From contig JAEPQF010000002.1 of assembly GCA_017640685.1 (NCBI GenBank), positions 1-63,911 on the forward strand: 63,911 nucleotides of DNA, read 5' to 3'. Position 1 is the first letter of the stretch; each line of letters starts with the position of its first letter. Shown here piece by piece: positions 19,131 through 29,559 of this stretch. A program made the translations under genes and the position numbers. Origin of the DNA: Hyphomicrobiales bacterium. GTDB lineage: Bacteria; Pseudomonadota; Alphaproteobacteria; Rhizobiales; HXMU1428-3. Under the pieces are notes generated by a model. The model was not told where the DNA came from and did no database searches. It saw only the letters and a program-made list of their open reading frames with translations.

Positions 19131-20912
19131 ATGGATCAATATACCCTTAATCTGCTGTTCGTAGGCGCAACCTTCGCGCTTTATATCGGCATCGCTGTGT
19201 GGGCCCGTGCCGGCTCTACATCAGAATTCTACGCTGCTGGCCGTGGTGTTCACCCTGTAACAAATGGTATGGCAACAGCCGCTGACTGGATGTCTGCTGC
19301 CTCATTCATTTCAATGGCTGGCCTCATCGCCTTTGGTGGTTACATCAACTCGTCCTTCCTTATGGGTTGGACTGGTGGTTACGTGCTACTAGCTCTTCTT
19401 CTCGCACCGTACTTGCGTAAATTCGGCAAGTTTACTGTGCCAGAATTTATCGGAGACCGCTTCTACAGCCCAACGGCGCGCATCATCGCTGTTATCTGTC
19501 TCATCGTTGCATCTGTCACATATGTGATTGGTCAAATGACAGGTGTTGGCGTTGCCTTCTCTCGTTTCCTTGAAGTCAACAATACACTAGGCCTTATGAT
19601 TGGCGCTGGCGTCGTGTTCTTCTACGCGGTGCTTGGTGGTATGAAAGGTGTAACATACACCCAGGTTGCTCAATATTGTGTTCTCATCACTGCTTACACA
19701 ATTCCAGCGATCTTCATCTCACTACAATTAACAGGCAATCCAATTCCAGCCTTAGGCCTCTTTGGTGACCATGTTGAATCTGGAACAGCTTTGTTAACTC
19801 GTCTTGATCAAGTGGTAACAGAGTTAGGCTTTAAAGAATACACGGCTCAAAATGGCGATCCTTCATCAGTCATTAACATGGTCTTGTTCACATTCTCACT
19901 AATGATCGGTACAGCTGGTCTACCACACGTGATCATCCGCTTCTTCACTGTACCAAAAGTATCTGATGCACGTTGGTCAGCTGGTTGGGCACTTGTATTC
20001 ATCGCGTTGCTCTATCTAACAGCGCCAGCTGTTGGTGCTATGGCCCGTCTGAATATCATCGACACAATCTATCCTAAAGGCACTTCACAAGAATCTCTTG
20101 CTTATGAAGCACGTCCAGATTGGATGAAGAATTGGGAAGTCACAGGTCTTCTTAAATTTGAAGATAAAAACGGTGACGGCCGCATTCAGATGTATAACGA
20201 CAAGTCAAAGAGTTTTGCAGCAACCGCTGAAGAACGTGGCTGGAAAGGCTCAGAGTTAAAAGTGAATAGAGACATCCTCGTTCTTGCTAACCCTGAAATT
20301 GCCTCACTACCTGGCTGGGTCATCGCACTTGTAGCCGCCGGTGGTCTCGCCGCCGCGCTTTCAACTGCTGCTGGTCTTCTCTTGGCCATTTCATCTGCCG
20401 TTAGTCATGATCTGATTAAAGGGTCCATAAACCCCAACATCAGTGAAAAAGGCGAACTATTAGCTGCGCGGATCTCAATGGCCGTGGCCATTGCTGTTGC
20501 GACATATCTTGGACTTAATCCTCCAGGTTTCGCAGCGCAAACGGTGGCCCTCGCCTTTGGTATTGCCGCTGCTTCAATCTTCCCAGCGTTAATGATGGGT
20601 ATTTTCTCAAAACGCATCAATAACAAGGGTGCCGTTGCAGGTATGCTAACTGGCTTGATCTTTACACTCGTCTACATCTTCTTGCACAAAGGTTGGCTCT
20701 TCATTCCAGGAACAGCTTCGTTCCCAGATACAATTGCCGGTTCACTCTTTGGCATTAAGTCAACAGCAATTGGCTCCATTGGTGCCATCCTCAACTTTGC
20801 TGCTGCTTATCTTGTCTCTACAATGACAGAAGATACACCAGACGAAATTAAAGAACTCGTCGAAAGTGTCCGCATCCCTAAAGGTGCTGGTGCAGCAACA
20901 GCTGAACATTAA
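19131..20912 (+). CDS. actP: Cation/acetate symporter ActP-like (solute:sodium symporter family)
   Basis: ATAADWMSAASF, GGMKG.T.TQV.QY, GTAGLPH..IRFFTV; ~13 TM; highly biased codon usage. Confidence 0.85.
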   Translation: MDQYTLNLLFVGATFALYIGIAVWARAGSTSEFYAAGRGVHPVTNGMATAADWMSAASFISMAGLIAFGGYINSSFLMGWTGGYVLLALLLAPYLRKFGKFTVPEFIGDRFYSPTARIIAVICLIVASVTYVIGQMTGVGVAFSRFLEVNNTLGLMIGAGVVFFYAVLGGMKGVTYTQVAQYCVLITAYTIPAIFISLQLTGNPIPALGLFGDHVESGTALLTRLDQVVTELGFKEYTAQNGDPSSVINMVLFTFSLMIGTAGLPHVIIRFFTVPKVSDARWSAGWALVFIALLYLTAPAVGAMARLNIIDTIYPKGTSQESLAYEARPDWMKNWEVTGLLKFEDKNGDGRIQMYNDKSKSFAATAEERGWKGSELKVNRDILVLANPEIASLPGWVIALVAAGGLAAALSTAAGLLLAISSAVSHDLIKGSINPNISEKGELLAARISMAVAIAVATYLGLNPPGFAAQTVALAFGIAAASIFPALMMGIFSKRINNKGAVAGMLTGLIFTLVYIFLHKGWLFIPGTASFPDTIAGSLFGIKSTAIGSIGAILNFAAAYLVSTMTEDTPDEIKELVESVRIPKGAGAATAEH

Positions 20913-20918
20913 AACATA

Positions 20919-20954
20919 AAGAAAGGCGGGCCTCAAAACCCGCCTTTCTTCTTC
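20919..20954 (+). terminator. Intrinsic terminator after actP
   Basis: AAGAAAGGCGGG/CCCGCCTTTCTT 12-bp stem with pyrimidine tail. Confidence 0.8.
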
Positions 20955-21013
20955 TTAAAACGTCTCTTTTATTTTTAAGAAATCCAAATCATAAATTTCG
21001 GGGAGCACTCTCC

Positions 21014-22840
21014 ATGACACCCATTACCCTGAACACAACTTCCTTTTTAGCCGCAATTCACCCTTATGACACCCTCACTAAAGAAACATTAGAAACGCTC
21101 AGTAGCCGCATTAAAACGCTAAGCTTTGAAAAAGGACAAACAATTTACCAACAGGGTCAACATCTAGATGGTCTCTACATCATTGTTGATGGCACAGTTG
21201 AAATAACCATTGAAACGGGTGAGCATATCTCCACCCTCAGGGAAAAAAACAGCTTTGGTGAACGCGGCCTAGTGCGTGATGGTATAGCAGCCACCACTGC
21301 TATAACTGTGACAGAAACAACCCTACTTTTAATCCCCAAAGATCAATTCGATCATCTTTTTCAAACTCACGACCCTTTTAAAAGCTTTTTCACCCGCAAT
21401 CGAACTCAGTTGAAATCTCATGAACCAAATGCATTGGCCAACACTGAAGCTGAAGATTTAATGACACCAACGCTTCAATCATGCCCCCCAAATACTAAGA
21501 TTGTGGAAGCGGCCCGTTTGATGCGTGATAAAGGGATTTCATCTCTTGTAATCCTGGATAATAATGAACTAAAGGGCATTGTAACTCTGAGCGATATTTC
21601 AAAAAAAATCGTTGCTGAAGGGAAATCATCTGATGGCATCATCAGTGAAATCATGACAAGAGATCCCCTCACCTTAGGTCCAAATGCAATCGGCTCTGAT
21701 ATTCTTCATTTAATGATTGAGAAAAAAATCGGCCATATTCCAATCGCTGCAAATGGCAGTCTTTTAGGTATGGTCACCAAAACAGATCTTACAAAGTTCC
21801 AAGCCGACAACTCCGCGAATTTAGTTCACGAAATCGCGCAAAGTAATTCCAACAGCGAACTTAGCGCAGCCACAGCCCGCATCCCACAACTTCTTGCTAA
21901 TTTGGTCGGCGCAGGCAATAGACACGATATTATAACCCGTCTCATAACCGATATAGCTGATGCAGTCACACGCAAACTATTAAAACTAGCAGAAGAAAAA
22001 CTAGGCCCAGCGCCTGTTCCCTATCTTTGGTTGGCATGCGGCTCTCAAGGGCGCCAAGAACAAACCGGCGTATCAGATCAAGATAATTGCCTCATACTAG
22101 ACGACAGCGTAACCGAAGATGATAAAGCCTATTTCAAAAAACTCGCTCATTTCGTATGTGACGGTTTAAATGAATGCGGTTACGTCTATTGCCCTGGAGA
22201 CATGATGGCCACCAATGAAAGGTGGCAGCAACCTCAATCAGTATGGCGCTCTTATTTCGAAAGCTGGATAGCAACCCCAGATAAAGAAGCTCAAATGCTT
22301 GCCTCTGTAATGTTCGACCTGCGCCCAATAGGTGGAACAGAAAGCCTATTTCAAGATTTACAAAAAGAAACACTCGAAAAAGCTTCCAGTAATAGCATAT
22401 TTAAAGCTCATATGGTGGCAAACTCAATCACCCACACACCCCCTCTTGGGCTTTTACGCGGCTTTGCAACATTAAAATCTGGCGAACATAAAAACCATAT
22501 TGATTTAAAACTAAATGGCGTTGTCCCAATCGTTGATCTCGGCCGTATTTACGCACTAGAGCAACAAATTAAACCAGTGAACACAAGAGCACGCCTTTTA
22601 GAAGCAAGAGCAGCTGGTGCTGTCAGCACATCAGGTGGTCATGACCTGCTAGACGCTTATGACCTTATTGCAGAAACTCGTTTAAAGCACCAGGCAGAGC
22701 AAATCAAAAGGGGCGAAAAACCAGATAATTTCATGCGCCCAACTGTTCTCTCTGAATTTGAAAGAAGTCACTTAAGAGACGCATTTGTTGTTGTGCGCAC
22801 CATGCAAGCTTCCGCGACACAAGGCCGGGGCATTTTATAA
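21014..22840 (+). CDS. cNMP-binding + CBS pair + DUF294 nucleotidyltransferase-like protein
   Basis: cNMP domain (LYIIVDG.VE, FGER), two CBS repeats, GSQGRQEQ...DQDN NTase motif, CPGDMMATN..W, DLK..G..PIVD..R. Confidence 0.9.
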   Translation: MTPITLNTTSFLAAIHPYDTLTKETLETLSSRIKTLSFEKGQTIYQQGQHLDGLYIIVDGTVEITIETGEHISTLREKNSFGERGLVRDGIAATTAITVTETTLLLIPKDQFDHLFQTHDPFKSFFTRNRTQLKSHEPNALANTEAEDLMTPTLQSCPPNTKIVEAARLMRDKGISSLVILDNNELKGIVTLSDISKKIVAEGKSSDGIISEIMTRDPLTLGPNAIGSDILHLMIEKKIGHIPIAANGSLLGMVTKTDLTKFQADNSANLVHEIAQSNSNSELSAATARIPQLLANLVGAGNRHDIITRLITDIADAVTRKLLKLAEEKLGPAPVPYLWLACGSQGRQEQTGVSDQDNCLILDDSVTEDDKAYFKKLAHFVCDGLNECGYVYCPGDMMATNERWQQPQSVWRSYFESWIATPDKEAQMLASVMFDLRPIGGTESLFQDLQKETLEKASSNSIFKAHMVANSITHTPPLGLLRGFATLKSGEHKNHIDLKLNGVVPIVDLGRIYALEQQIKPVNTRARLLEARAAGAVSTSGGHDLLDAYDLIAETRLKHQAEQIKRGEKPDNFMRPTVLSEFERSHLRDAFVVVRTMQASATQGRGIL

Positions 22841-22950
22841 GCAGCGTGCTATAAACAGATATAAAATAGAGTAAGACAATCTTTTAAAAATCAATAACAG
22901 GACACAGCGCCCGTTAACAAACAAAAGCAAATATAAAAGGATAAGCTGTA

Positions 22951-23472
22951 ATGTTTTTAGAACTCATCGCAACTTTCGCCATAGGCTTTGCAGGCGCTGG
23001 CATTGCGTTACTAATAAACTTCATTCTTGGCAAACGCTTACCCCGCTGGATCATTCCCGTTATGGCCGGAGGTGCTATGATCAGCTTTACTATTTTCAAT
23101 GAATACACTTGGTATCAACGCACGGTAAATGCGCTTCCCAAAGGCATCCAGGTTGCACAAAAGGTTGAGCAACAAATGGCCTATCGCCCGTGGACATATC
23201 TCTGGCCATATATTGACCGTTTTATCGCCCTCGACAAACAGTCAATTAGAACAAATGAGAAATTCCCCAACCAACGCATTATGGATATGATTATTTATGG
23301 GCGTTGGGCAAGAACCAACCGCATTCGCTCAATCTTTGATTGTGAAAACGGTAAGCGAGCCGACCTAACAGACGGTGTTCGCTTTAAAGAAGATGGCAGT
23401 CTTGAAGGGGCAACATGGTACGAAACGGGCTTTAACAATCCTGTCACCAAAACAGCATGTGAGGGGGGCTAA
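22951..23472 (+). CDS. Conserved hypothetical membrane protein (two N-terminal TM, exported domain)
   Basis: MFLELIATFAIGFAGAG, LPRWIIP, EY.WY, RPWTY; translationally coupled to the next gene. Confidence 0.7.
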   Translation: MFLELIATFAIGFAGAGIALLINFILGKRLPRWIIPVMAGGAMISFTIFNEYTWYQRTVNALPKGIQVAQKVEQQMAYRPWTYLWPYIDRFIALDKQSIRTNEKFPNQRIMDMIIYGRWARTNRIRSIFDCENGKRADLTDGVRFKEDGSLEGATWYETGFNNPVTKTACEGG

Positions 23473-24887
23473 TGATAAAACGCTTTAGTTTAAGATTAAG
23501 AATTCTACTCTTTTTTGCTCTATTAGCACTCGGTTCAATTTTAATTATATCGCTTGCCTTATGGATAAGCTATCAGCGCTTAGCTACCCCTGAACTTTTC
23601 TCAGCCTTTTTAAATGTCGGCTTGATAGCTGGGTTTGGGATCTTAGGTCTTTCCGTTTTTATCTGGCTTTTATTTGATGAAAACATCGCCAAAGCTATTG
23701 AGCATATCGCAGCAAATTTACGTGTTGGAGCCCACACAGACATAACTGATGACGTCGATTTGAAAACAGGGCGTTATCTTGGAGACTTAACCCCGGCTGC
23801 CGCAGCTGTTTCAAAACGCTTATCAGAAGCAAAATATGCAACAGCTGAAGAAATCGCCCGCAAAACCTCTCAGCTCGAAACAGAAAAACAACATCTTACA
23901 AAAGTCCTCTCTGAAATCCCGCTCGGCGTCATAATGGTAGGAGAAAACGACCAAATCTCCCTTTACGATGGCCAGTCCGCCAGCGCATTTGAAAATTATC
24001 ATCCCCTCGCCCTTGGCCAACCGATCACAGATTATTTTTGCCATGAAAAGTTAGAGGAAATTCAACAACAATTAAGAGCGGAAAAATCTGGAACCATCAA
24101 AGACCTACGCTTGCCTAGCTCAGATAGATCCATCGATTTCGAAGCAAGTGTCAGGCTATTAGATGATAACTTAGGCTACGTGATTGTTCTAAGCGCCAGA
24201 GATCACGGCCTAGCACCCCGCCCACTTGTTTTTGACTTTGATATTTCAGAACACCTCGCAAACAAACAACAAGCTTCATGCAATTTAGATGACCTTTGCT
24301 TTGTTGTCTTTGATACAGAAACAACAGGCCTTTCAACCAAAGAAGATGATGTCATACAAATCGGTGCTGTAAGGCTCTTAAACGGTCAGCGCATCAATGG
24401 TGAGGTATTTAACACATATGTCAATCCCGGGCGGCCAATCCCTCCAGCGTCAACAAAAATCCATCACATAAATGACGACATGGTCAAAGAAGCCCCTGAA
24501 TTTGCAATCGCAACAAAAAAATTCCACGCCTTTAGTAACAATGCAATTCTTGTTGCCCATAACGCCCCTTTCGATCTTGCTTTTTTCAAAAGAGAAGAAG
24601 CTCAAACCAGCTGCGAATTCCATCACCCGGTATTAGACACTGTCTTATTATCAGCAGCCATTTACGGCCAAAGCGTCCCTCACACTTTAGATGCCCTAGC
24701 AGAGCGGTTAAATATCACCATTGAAGAAAGTGAAAGACACACAGCTTTAGGAGACGCCATTGCTACAGCAGATGTCTTTTTACACCTCTTGCCCATTTTA
24801 AAAGCTCAAGGCATAACAACTCTTAAAGACGCACAAAATGCTATGCGCAAACATCAAAATCTTTTATCAGTTCAAAATGCAGATTAA
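23472..24887 (+). CDS. Membrane-anchored PAS-like + DEDDh 3'-5' exonuclease-domain protein
   Basis: Two TM helices, coiled coil, PAS-like segment, then FDTETTG, AHNAPFD, HTALGDA. Confidence 0.85.
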   Translation: MIKRFSLRLRILLFFALLALGSILIISLALWISYQRLATPELFSAFLNVGLIAGFGILGLSVFIWLLFDENIAKAIEHIAANLRVGAHTDITDDVDLKTGRYLGDLTPAAAAVSKRLSEAKYATAEEIARKTSQLETEKQHLTKVLSEIPLGVIMVGENDQISLYDGQSASAFENYHPLALGQPITDYFCHEKLEEIQQQLRAEKSGTIKDLRLPSSDRSIDFEASVRLLDDNLGYVIVLSARDHGLAPRPLVFDFDISEHLANKQQASCNLDDLCFVVFDTETTGLSTKEDDVIQIGAVRLLNGQRINGEVFNTYVNPGRPIPPASTKIHHINDDMVKEAPEFAIATKKFHAFSNNAILVAHNAPFDLAFFKREEAQTSCEFHHPVLDTVLLSAAIYGQSVPHTLDALAERLNITIEESERHTALGDAIATADVFLHLLPILKAQGITTLKDAQNAMRKHQNLLSVQNAD

Positions 24888-24926
24888 ATTACCATCTCAT
24901 AAATAAGAGAAGCTCTTCTAAACCCC

Positions 24927-24940
24927 TTGATGTACATCAA
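24927..24940 (+). promoter_or_regulatory. Perfect FNR/FixK box
   Basis: TTGAT-GTAC-ATCAA exact consensus, ~75 bp upstream of the Kef-type antiporter start. Confidence 0.7.
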
Positions 24941-25014
24941 GAAAAAATCTCTAAGAAAAGTTATATCTCTGTTATTATGAAAGTGAATTAAGATAAGAAG
25001 TTGGAGAGCAAAGC

Positions 25015-26715
25015 GTGCACCATTCAAATGATCTTTTTCAAGTTCTTATTTTCTTGTCAGCCGCCGTTATTGCCGTTCCTATTTTCCGCCGGCTCAGTTT
25101 AAGCCCTATCCTTGGCTATCTAACAGCCGGTCTCATCATTGGTCCACACAGCCTTGGCCTCATTGAAGATACAGACGCGGCGCACAAATTTGCCGAATTC
25201 GGCGTCGTTTTTTTACTGTTCATGATCGGCTTAGAACTTTCAATAGACCGCTTAAAAACTCTCGGATGGAAAGTCTTTGGTCTTGGTTCATCGCAAGTTT
25301 TAATCACCGGATTGATAATAGGCGCCATAGCCTGGAGCTTGGGTGTTAATTTAAACGCTGCGACAATCATCGGCGGAGGCTTAGCTCTCTCATCAACAGC
25401 CTTTGTACTACAACTTCTCACAGAGCGAAGTGAGCGAGCCACCCCCTATGGCTTAACAACCTTTTCCATTTTGCTTCTTCAAGATTTAGCCGTTGTTCCA
25501 CTGCTCTTACTCGTCAGTTTGCTTGGCTCAAGTGAAGCGTCATTCCTCGAAGCTTTTGGTATGTCAGCCTTAAAAGGAGGTGCCGCACTCATACTCATCA
25601 TTGCATTCGGTCGCTTCTTTTTAAGGCCTTTATTTCACGTCATTGCCGCCACAAGAAATTCAGAACTCTTTGTCTCAACAACTCTACTCATCGTGCTTGG
25701 AATGGGCTGGGCTATGTCACAGGCTGGTCTCTCAATGGAACTTGGGGCACTCTTTGCTGGCGTTCTCCTGGCTGAAACGGAATATAAACATCAAATCGAA
25801 GCTGACATTAAACCTTTCAGAGGCATATTGCTTGGCCTCTTCTTCATGACCATCGGCATGTTAATTGATGTCTTCTTCATCATAAATAACATAGGCACCA
25901 TCACGCTTATTGTTATCAGTCTGCTTGTTGGTAAAACTGTCATCATCACTGCTCTTTGCAGGCTTTTTCAACTTCCACTTAGCACTTCCATTCGAACCGG
26001 CTTTGCCCTCTCACAGGGCGGCGAATTTGGCTTCGTGCTATTTGGTGCGGCCTTGGCACTAAACATCATCTCCCCGCACATCACACAAATCTTACTAGCC
26101 GTCATAGCTATTACAATGCTGCTAACCCCTTTGATGTTTTATATGGGGCATGAACTATCAAATTTCATTGATCAAAAATCAAACCAAAAACCAGAACCGA
26201 TTGGAGATGAAATCGAAGCCCTTAACAATCACATCTTGATCGCAGGATTTGGCAGAGTTGGACAAACAGTTGCAAAGGTCGTCTCAGATGCAGGTTATTC
26301 TTACGTCGCCCTCGATCTTGACCATAATCGCGTTAAAAAATGCCGTAGCAAAACAATGCAAGTCTATTATGGAGATGCCAGTCAAATCAAAGTTCTTGAA
26401 GCCGCCGGAATATCAAAAGCCACCAGCGTTGTTGTCACGCTAGACAATCAAGCGATTGCGAGTAAAACCGTGGCCGCTTTAAGAGCCCAATATCAAGACT
26501 TGCCCATTTATGTAAGAGCGCGAGACAGAAAACATATTCAGCATTTAGAAACAGTTGGCGCAACCGCAATTGTATCAGAAGCAGCTGAATCAAGTCTTCA
26601 ACTTGGCAGCATCATCCTCTCGTCTCTTGATGTCAGCACAGACGAAATCACAAGCCTCATAGACAAATATAGAGACAATGAATATGAACGTTTAGAAGAA
26701 ATCATTGATGGTTGA
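25015..26715 (+). CDS. KefB/KefC-like CPA2 K+/H+ antiporter with TrkA-N (RCK) domain
   Basis: AEFGVVFLLF.IGLE, ALSSTA, LLLQDLAVVP, LSQGGEFGFV, IAGFGRVGQ, YGDA. Confidence 0.92.
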   Translation: MHHSNDLFQVLIFLSAAVIAVPIFRRLSLSPILGYLTAGLIIGPHSLGLIEDTDAAHKFAEFGVVFLLFMIGLELSIDRLKTLGWKVFGLGSSQVLITGLIIGAIAWSLGVNLNAATIIGGGLALSSTAFVLQLLTERSERATPYGLTTFSILLLQDLAVVPLLLLVSLLGSSEASFLEAFGMSALKGGAALILIIAFGRFFLRPLFHVIAATRNSELFVSTTLLIVLGMGWAMSQAGLSMELGALFAGVLLAETEYKHQIEADIKPFRGILLGLFFMTIGMLIDVFFIINNIGTITLIVISLLVGKTVIITALCRLFQLPLSTSIRTGFALSQGGEFGFVLFGAALALNIISPHITQILLAVIAITMLLTPLMFYMGHELSNFIDQKSNQKPEPIGDEIEALNNHILIAGFGRVGQTVAKVVSDAGYSYVALDLDHNRVKKCRSKTMQVYYGDASQIKVLEAAGISKATSVVVTLDNQAIASKTVAALRAQYQDLPIYVRARDRKHIQHLETVGATAIVSEAAESSLQLGSIILSSLDVSTDEITSLIDKYRDNEYERLEEIIDG

Positions 26716-26736
26716 GATTTATTCTCAACCATCTCT

Positions 26737-28977
26737 TTAAACAAAATCAACGTGCTTGTTAAAAGGCATTTCACGAACCCGCTTACCGGTTGCTGCAAAA
26801 ATAGCATTCCCTAAAGCAGGTGCTGCTGGTGGCACAGGCGGTTCACCAATGCCGCGAACCTTTTCCCCATTCTCTAAACCTTTTACAAAAATCTCAGGGC
26901 ATTGCGACATACGCATACCATCATGACTGTCATAATTTGATTGCTCCGCCATTCCATCAGAATATGTAATTTCACAATTCATCGCATGACCAAGACCAAA
27001 GATAACACCGCCTTGAACAAGATTTTCAAAATTCACCGGGTCAACAATCCGCCCAACATCGCAAGCAATCCAAACCTTTTCAATTTTAATCCCATCTGGC
27101 AATTTCGTCACCTCAACCACTTCAGCAACAGGCACCCCAAAACTTTCAACAAAAGCAACACCCCGTCCTTGGTTTTCACCAAGCTTAGTGCCCCAAGAAC
27201 ACATCTCAGCAACAGTTTCTAAAACAATCTGAGAAGGTCTATGCCCCATTAACCGAATGCGCTCAGCCATTGGGTCAGCACCAGCTTCATGAATGAGTTC
27301 ATCAAGAAAACTATCAAAAATAAACCCAGCACCTGCAGCACCTACAGAACGCCATGAAGAAACCGGCGCAAGCTCATCAACTCTGTATGCCCGCATTCGA
27401 TAATTTGGAAAGTCATAAGGATTATTCCACGCGCCCGCTGCAATTTGAGCATCAGGACCAGGGATGCTCAAATTAGCACGGCCCATTTGAGAATTAATGA
27501 CAGATGGCGCAGCAATCTCAAGATCAATCGCCTCAACCTTACCATCTTTCACAGCCCCCTTGCCGCGACCAATTGCAATATGACGAGGGAAATCATGAGC
27601 AAAATCTTCTTCTCGGCTATAAGTCAGTTTAATCGGCACCCCGCGCATTTGGTTCGCAATTTCGGCTGCTAATTTCAGATGCTCCATTTCTAACCGATGA
27701 CCAAAACTGCCACCCATATAGAGGTTATGAAAGGTAACTTGCTCAGCCTCATGCCCAGTAACTTTAGCAACAATCTGCTGAAGCATCCGCGGCATCTGAT
27801 GCCCACTCCAAATCTCAACCTGTTCAGCTGTCACCCGGATAAGCACATTCAAAGGCTCAAGCGGAGCATGAGCAACATAAGGTGAGCGATACTCACGAGA
27901 TACAACTTTCCCCACACTTAGTGCTTTTACAATATCTCCATCATTGCGCCACTCACTATCGAGTTTATCGTCAACAAATGAGTTAGAAATTTCAGTCCAA
28001 TGATCTTTCTGTTCAGCCGGATATGGCGCTGCCTCCCATTCAAAATCAATCTCTTCTACTGCTTGTATGGCATACCAAGTGTTGCTCGCAATCACAGCAA
28101 CACCATTCGTCACGGGCAAAATTTTCTTCACGCCAGTCATTTTTTGAGCTCTAGAAACATCATATTTTTTAAGGCCCGCCCCTTGCCGCGGATTGACCTT
28201 AACAGTTGCATAAACCATATCGTCCATATCCTGGTCGATGCCGTATTTTAAAGCACCTGTTGACTTTTCAACAATGTCCACCCGTTTCATTGGCTTGCCA
28301 ACCAATCGCCACTCACTAGGCGCGCGCAACTTGACATCCTGAACAGGGTCAATTTTTGCAGCATCTCCAGCAAGCTCAGTATATTTAACCCTTTTACCAC
28401 CTGGGAAAATAACAGCAGCCCCTTCAGTTTTTAACTGATCAATCGGTGTTTTAAATTTTTTACTCGCAGTTAATTTTAAAGTCTCTCTCGCCATAGCACC
28501 GGCAACGCGCAGTTTTTCATAACTATCTGGCGTAGATGTAGAACCACCAGTGCCTTGCATCCCCATTAGCTTCAACACACCGCCCATAACATCACGCATC
28601 GCATCAGCCGCAAAACTTTTATCTGTCGCCATAAACGGCACGCCCTCATCCGCCATGGCAGTATTCCAATAAGCGGCGCTTGGTTGACCAAAACTCGTTT
28701 CAAACTGGCCGAAGTCAACATCCAGCTCCTCAGCCAAAAGGGCCGCTTGCATAGAAGTAACACCCTGCCCCTTGTCACCATGCGGCGTAATCAAAGTTAT
28801 CTTTTCACTATCAATTAAAATCCACGGATTAAAAGTAGCTGCATTCTCAGCAAGTCCTTCTTCCAAGGGGTTATCATGTGGCGTTGCTAATTTATACAAA
28901 CCAAAAGCCACACCTCCAGCAAGAGCCGCTGAACCAACAAGGAAAGTCCGCCGTGTAATTGTTCCCAATTTTCCCAT
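26737..28977 (-). CDS. Second IorB-like molybdopterin-binding subunit (Tat signal)
   Basis: TRRTFLVG twin-Arg, DKGQG, TGGSTS, HAPLEP, GGSFGHR, WRSVG, GIGEP; ATG 28977. Confidence 0.9.
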   Translation of the reverse strand: MGKLGTITRRTFLVGSAALAGGVAFGLYKLATPHDNPLEEGLAENAATFNPWILIDSEKITLITPHGDKGQGVTSMQAALLAEELDVDFGQFETSFGQPSAAYWNTAMADEGVPFMATDKSFAADAMRDVMGGVLKLMGMQGTGGSTSTPDSYEKLRVAGAMARETLKLTASKKFKTPIDQLKTEGAAVIFPGGKRVKYTELAGDAAKIDPVQDVKLRAPSEWRLVGKPMKRVDIVEKSTGALKYGIDQDMDDMVYATVKVNPRQGAGLKKYDVSRAQKMTGVKKILPVTNGVAVIASNTWYAIQAVEEIDFEWEAAPYPAEQKDHWTEISNSFVDDKLDSEWRNDGDIVKALSVGKVVSREYRSPYVAHAPLEPLNVLIRVTAEQVEIWSGHQMPRMLQQIVAKVTGHEAEQVTFHNLYMGGSFGHRLEMEHLKLAAEIANQMRGVPIKLTYSREEDFAHDFPRHIAIGRGKGAVKDGKVEAIDLEIAAPSVINSQMGRANLSIPGPDAQIAAGAWNNPYDFPNYRMRAYRVDELAPVSSWRSVGAAGAGFIFDSFLDELIHEAGADPMAERIRLMGHRPSQIVLETVAEMCSWGTKLGENQGRGVAFVESFGVPVAEVVEVTKLPDGIKIEKVWIACDVGRIVDPVNFENLVQGGVIFGLGHAMNCEITYSDGMAEQSNYDSHDGMRMSQCPEIFVKGLENGEKVRGIGEPPVPPAAPALGNAIFAATGKRVREMPFNKHVDFV

Positions 28978-28978
28978 C

Positions 28979-29440
28979 TTACTCTCCCCCACTAAGCTGC
29001 TTTGAGGCAGTTTTTATAGCCGCCTTAATGCGAGGGTATGTCCCACAACGACAAAGGTTACCAGACATCGCTTCATCAATATCATCATCGCTAGGTGAAG
29101 GGTTTTCATCTAATAGTGAAGCCGCCTGCATGATTTGACCAGATTGACAATATCCGCACTGAGCAACTTGATGTTCTATCCAAGCCTCTTGCACGACATG
29201 TAAAGAAGTCGGCGTCCCCAACCCTTCAATAGTAATTACCTCACCCTCCAAATCACCAATAGCTAATTGGCATGATCGAACGGCAACTCCATCAACATGG
29301 ACCGTACAGGCCCCGCACTGGGCAATCCCACAACCATATTTAGGGCCGGTGATTTTTAACTCATCTCGCAAGACCCAAAGAAGCGGCATGTCTGGAGAAA
29401 CATCTACTTCAGCTTCTTTTCCGTTCACTATAATTTTCAC
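28979..29440 (-). CDS. Second IorA-like [2Fe-2S] subunit
   Basis: [34 protein letters not shown]; GTG at 29440 preceded by GAGGAG. Confidence 0.9.
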   Translation of the reverse strand: MKIIVNGKEAEVDVSPDMPLLWVLRDELKITGPKYGCGIAQCGACTVHVDGVAVRSCQLAIGDLEGEVITIEGLGTPTSLHVVQEAWIEHQVAQCGYCQSGQIMQAASLLDENPSPSDDDIDEAMSGNLCRCGTYPRIKAAIKTASKQLSGGE

Positions 29441-29519
29441 AGCAGAACTCCTCATATTTTGAAAGCAGCAACTAAACTCAGTAAGAGAAAACTCCAAAAC
29501 CAAGAGATATTTTTTAAAC

Positions 29520-29556
29520 TACATATTGACAAAATGAATAAATTTGTCAATATGTA
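29520..29556. promoter_or_regulatory. Putative TetR operator in divergent promoter region
   Basis: Perfect 14-bp inverted repeat TACATATTGACAAA-N9-TTTGTCAATATGTA; each arm contains a TTGACA -35 hexamer, one on each strand. Confidence 0.75.
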
Positions 29557-29559
29557 AAA

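Noticed and set aside
23472-24887. DNA polymerase III epsilon (dnaQ)
   Set aside because: The DEDDh domain is fused to TM and sensor-like regions in a transporter cluster, which is not the replicative architecture.
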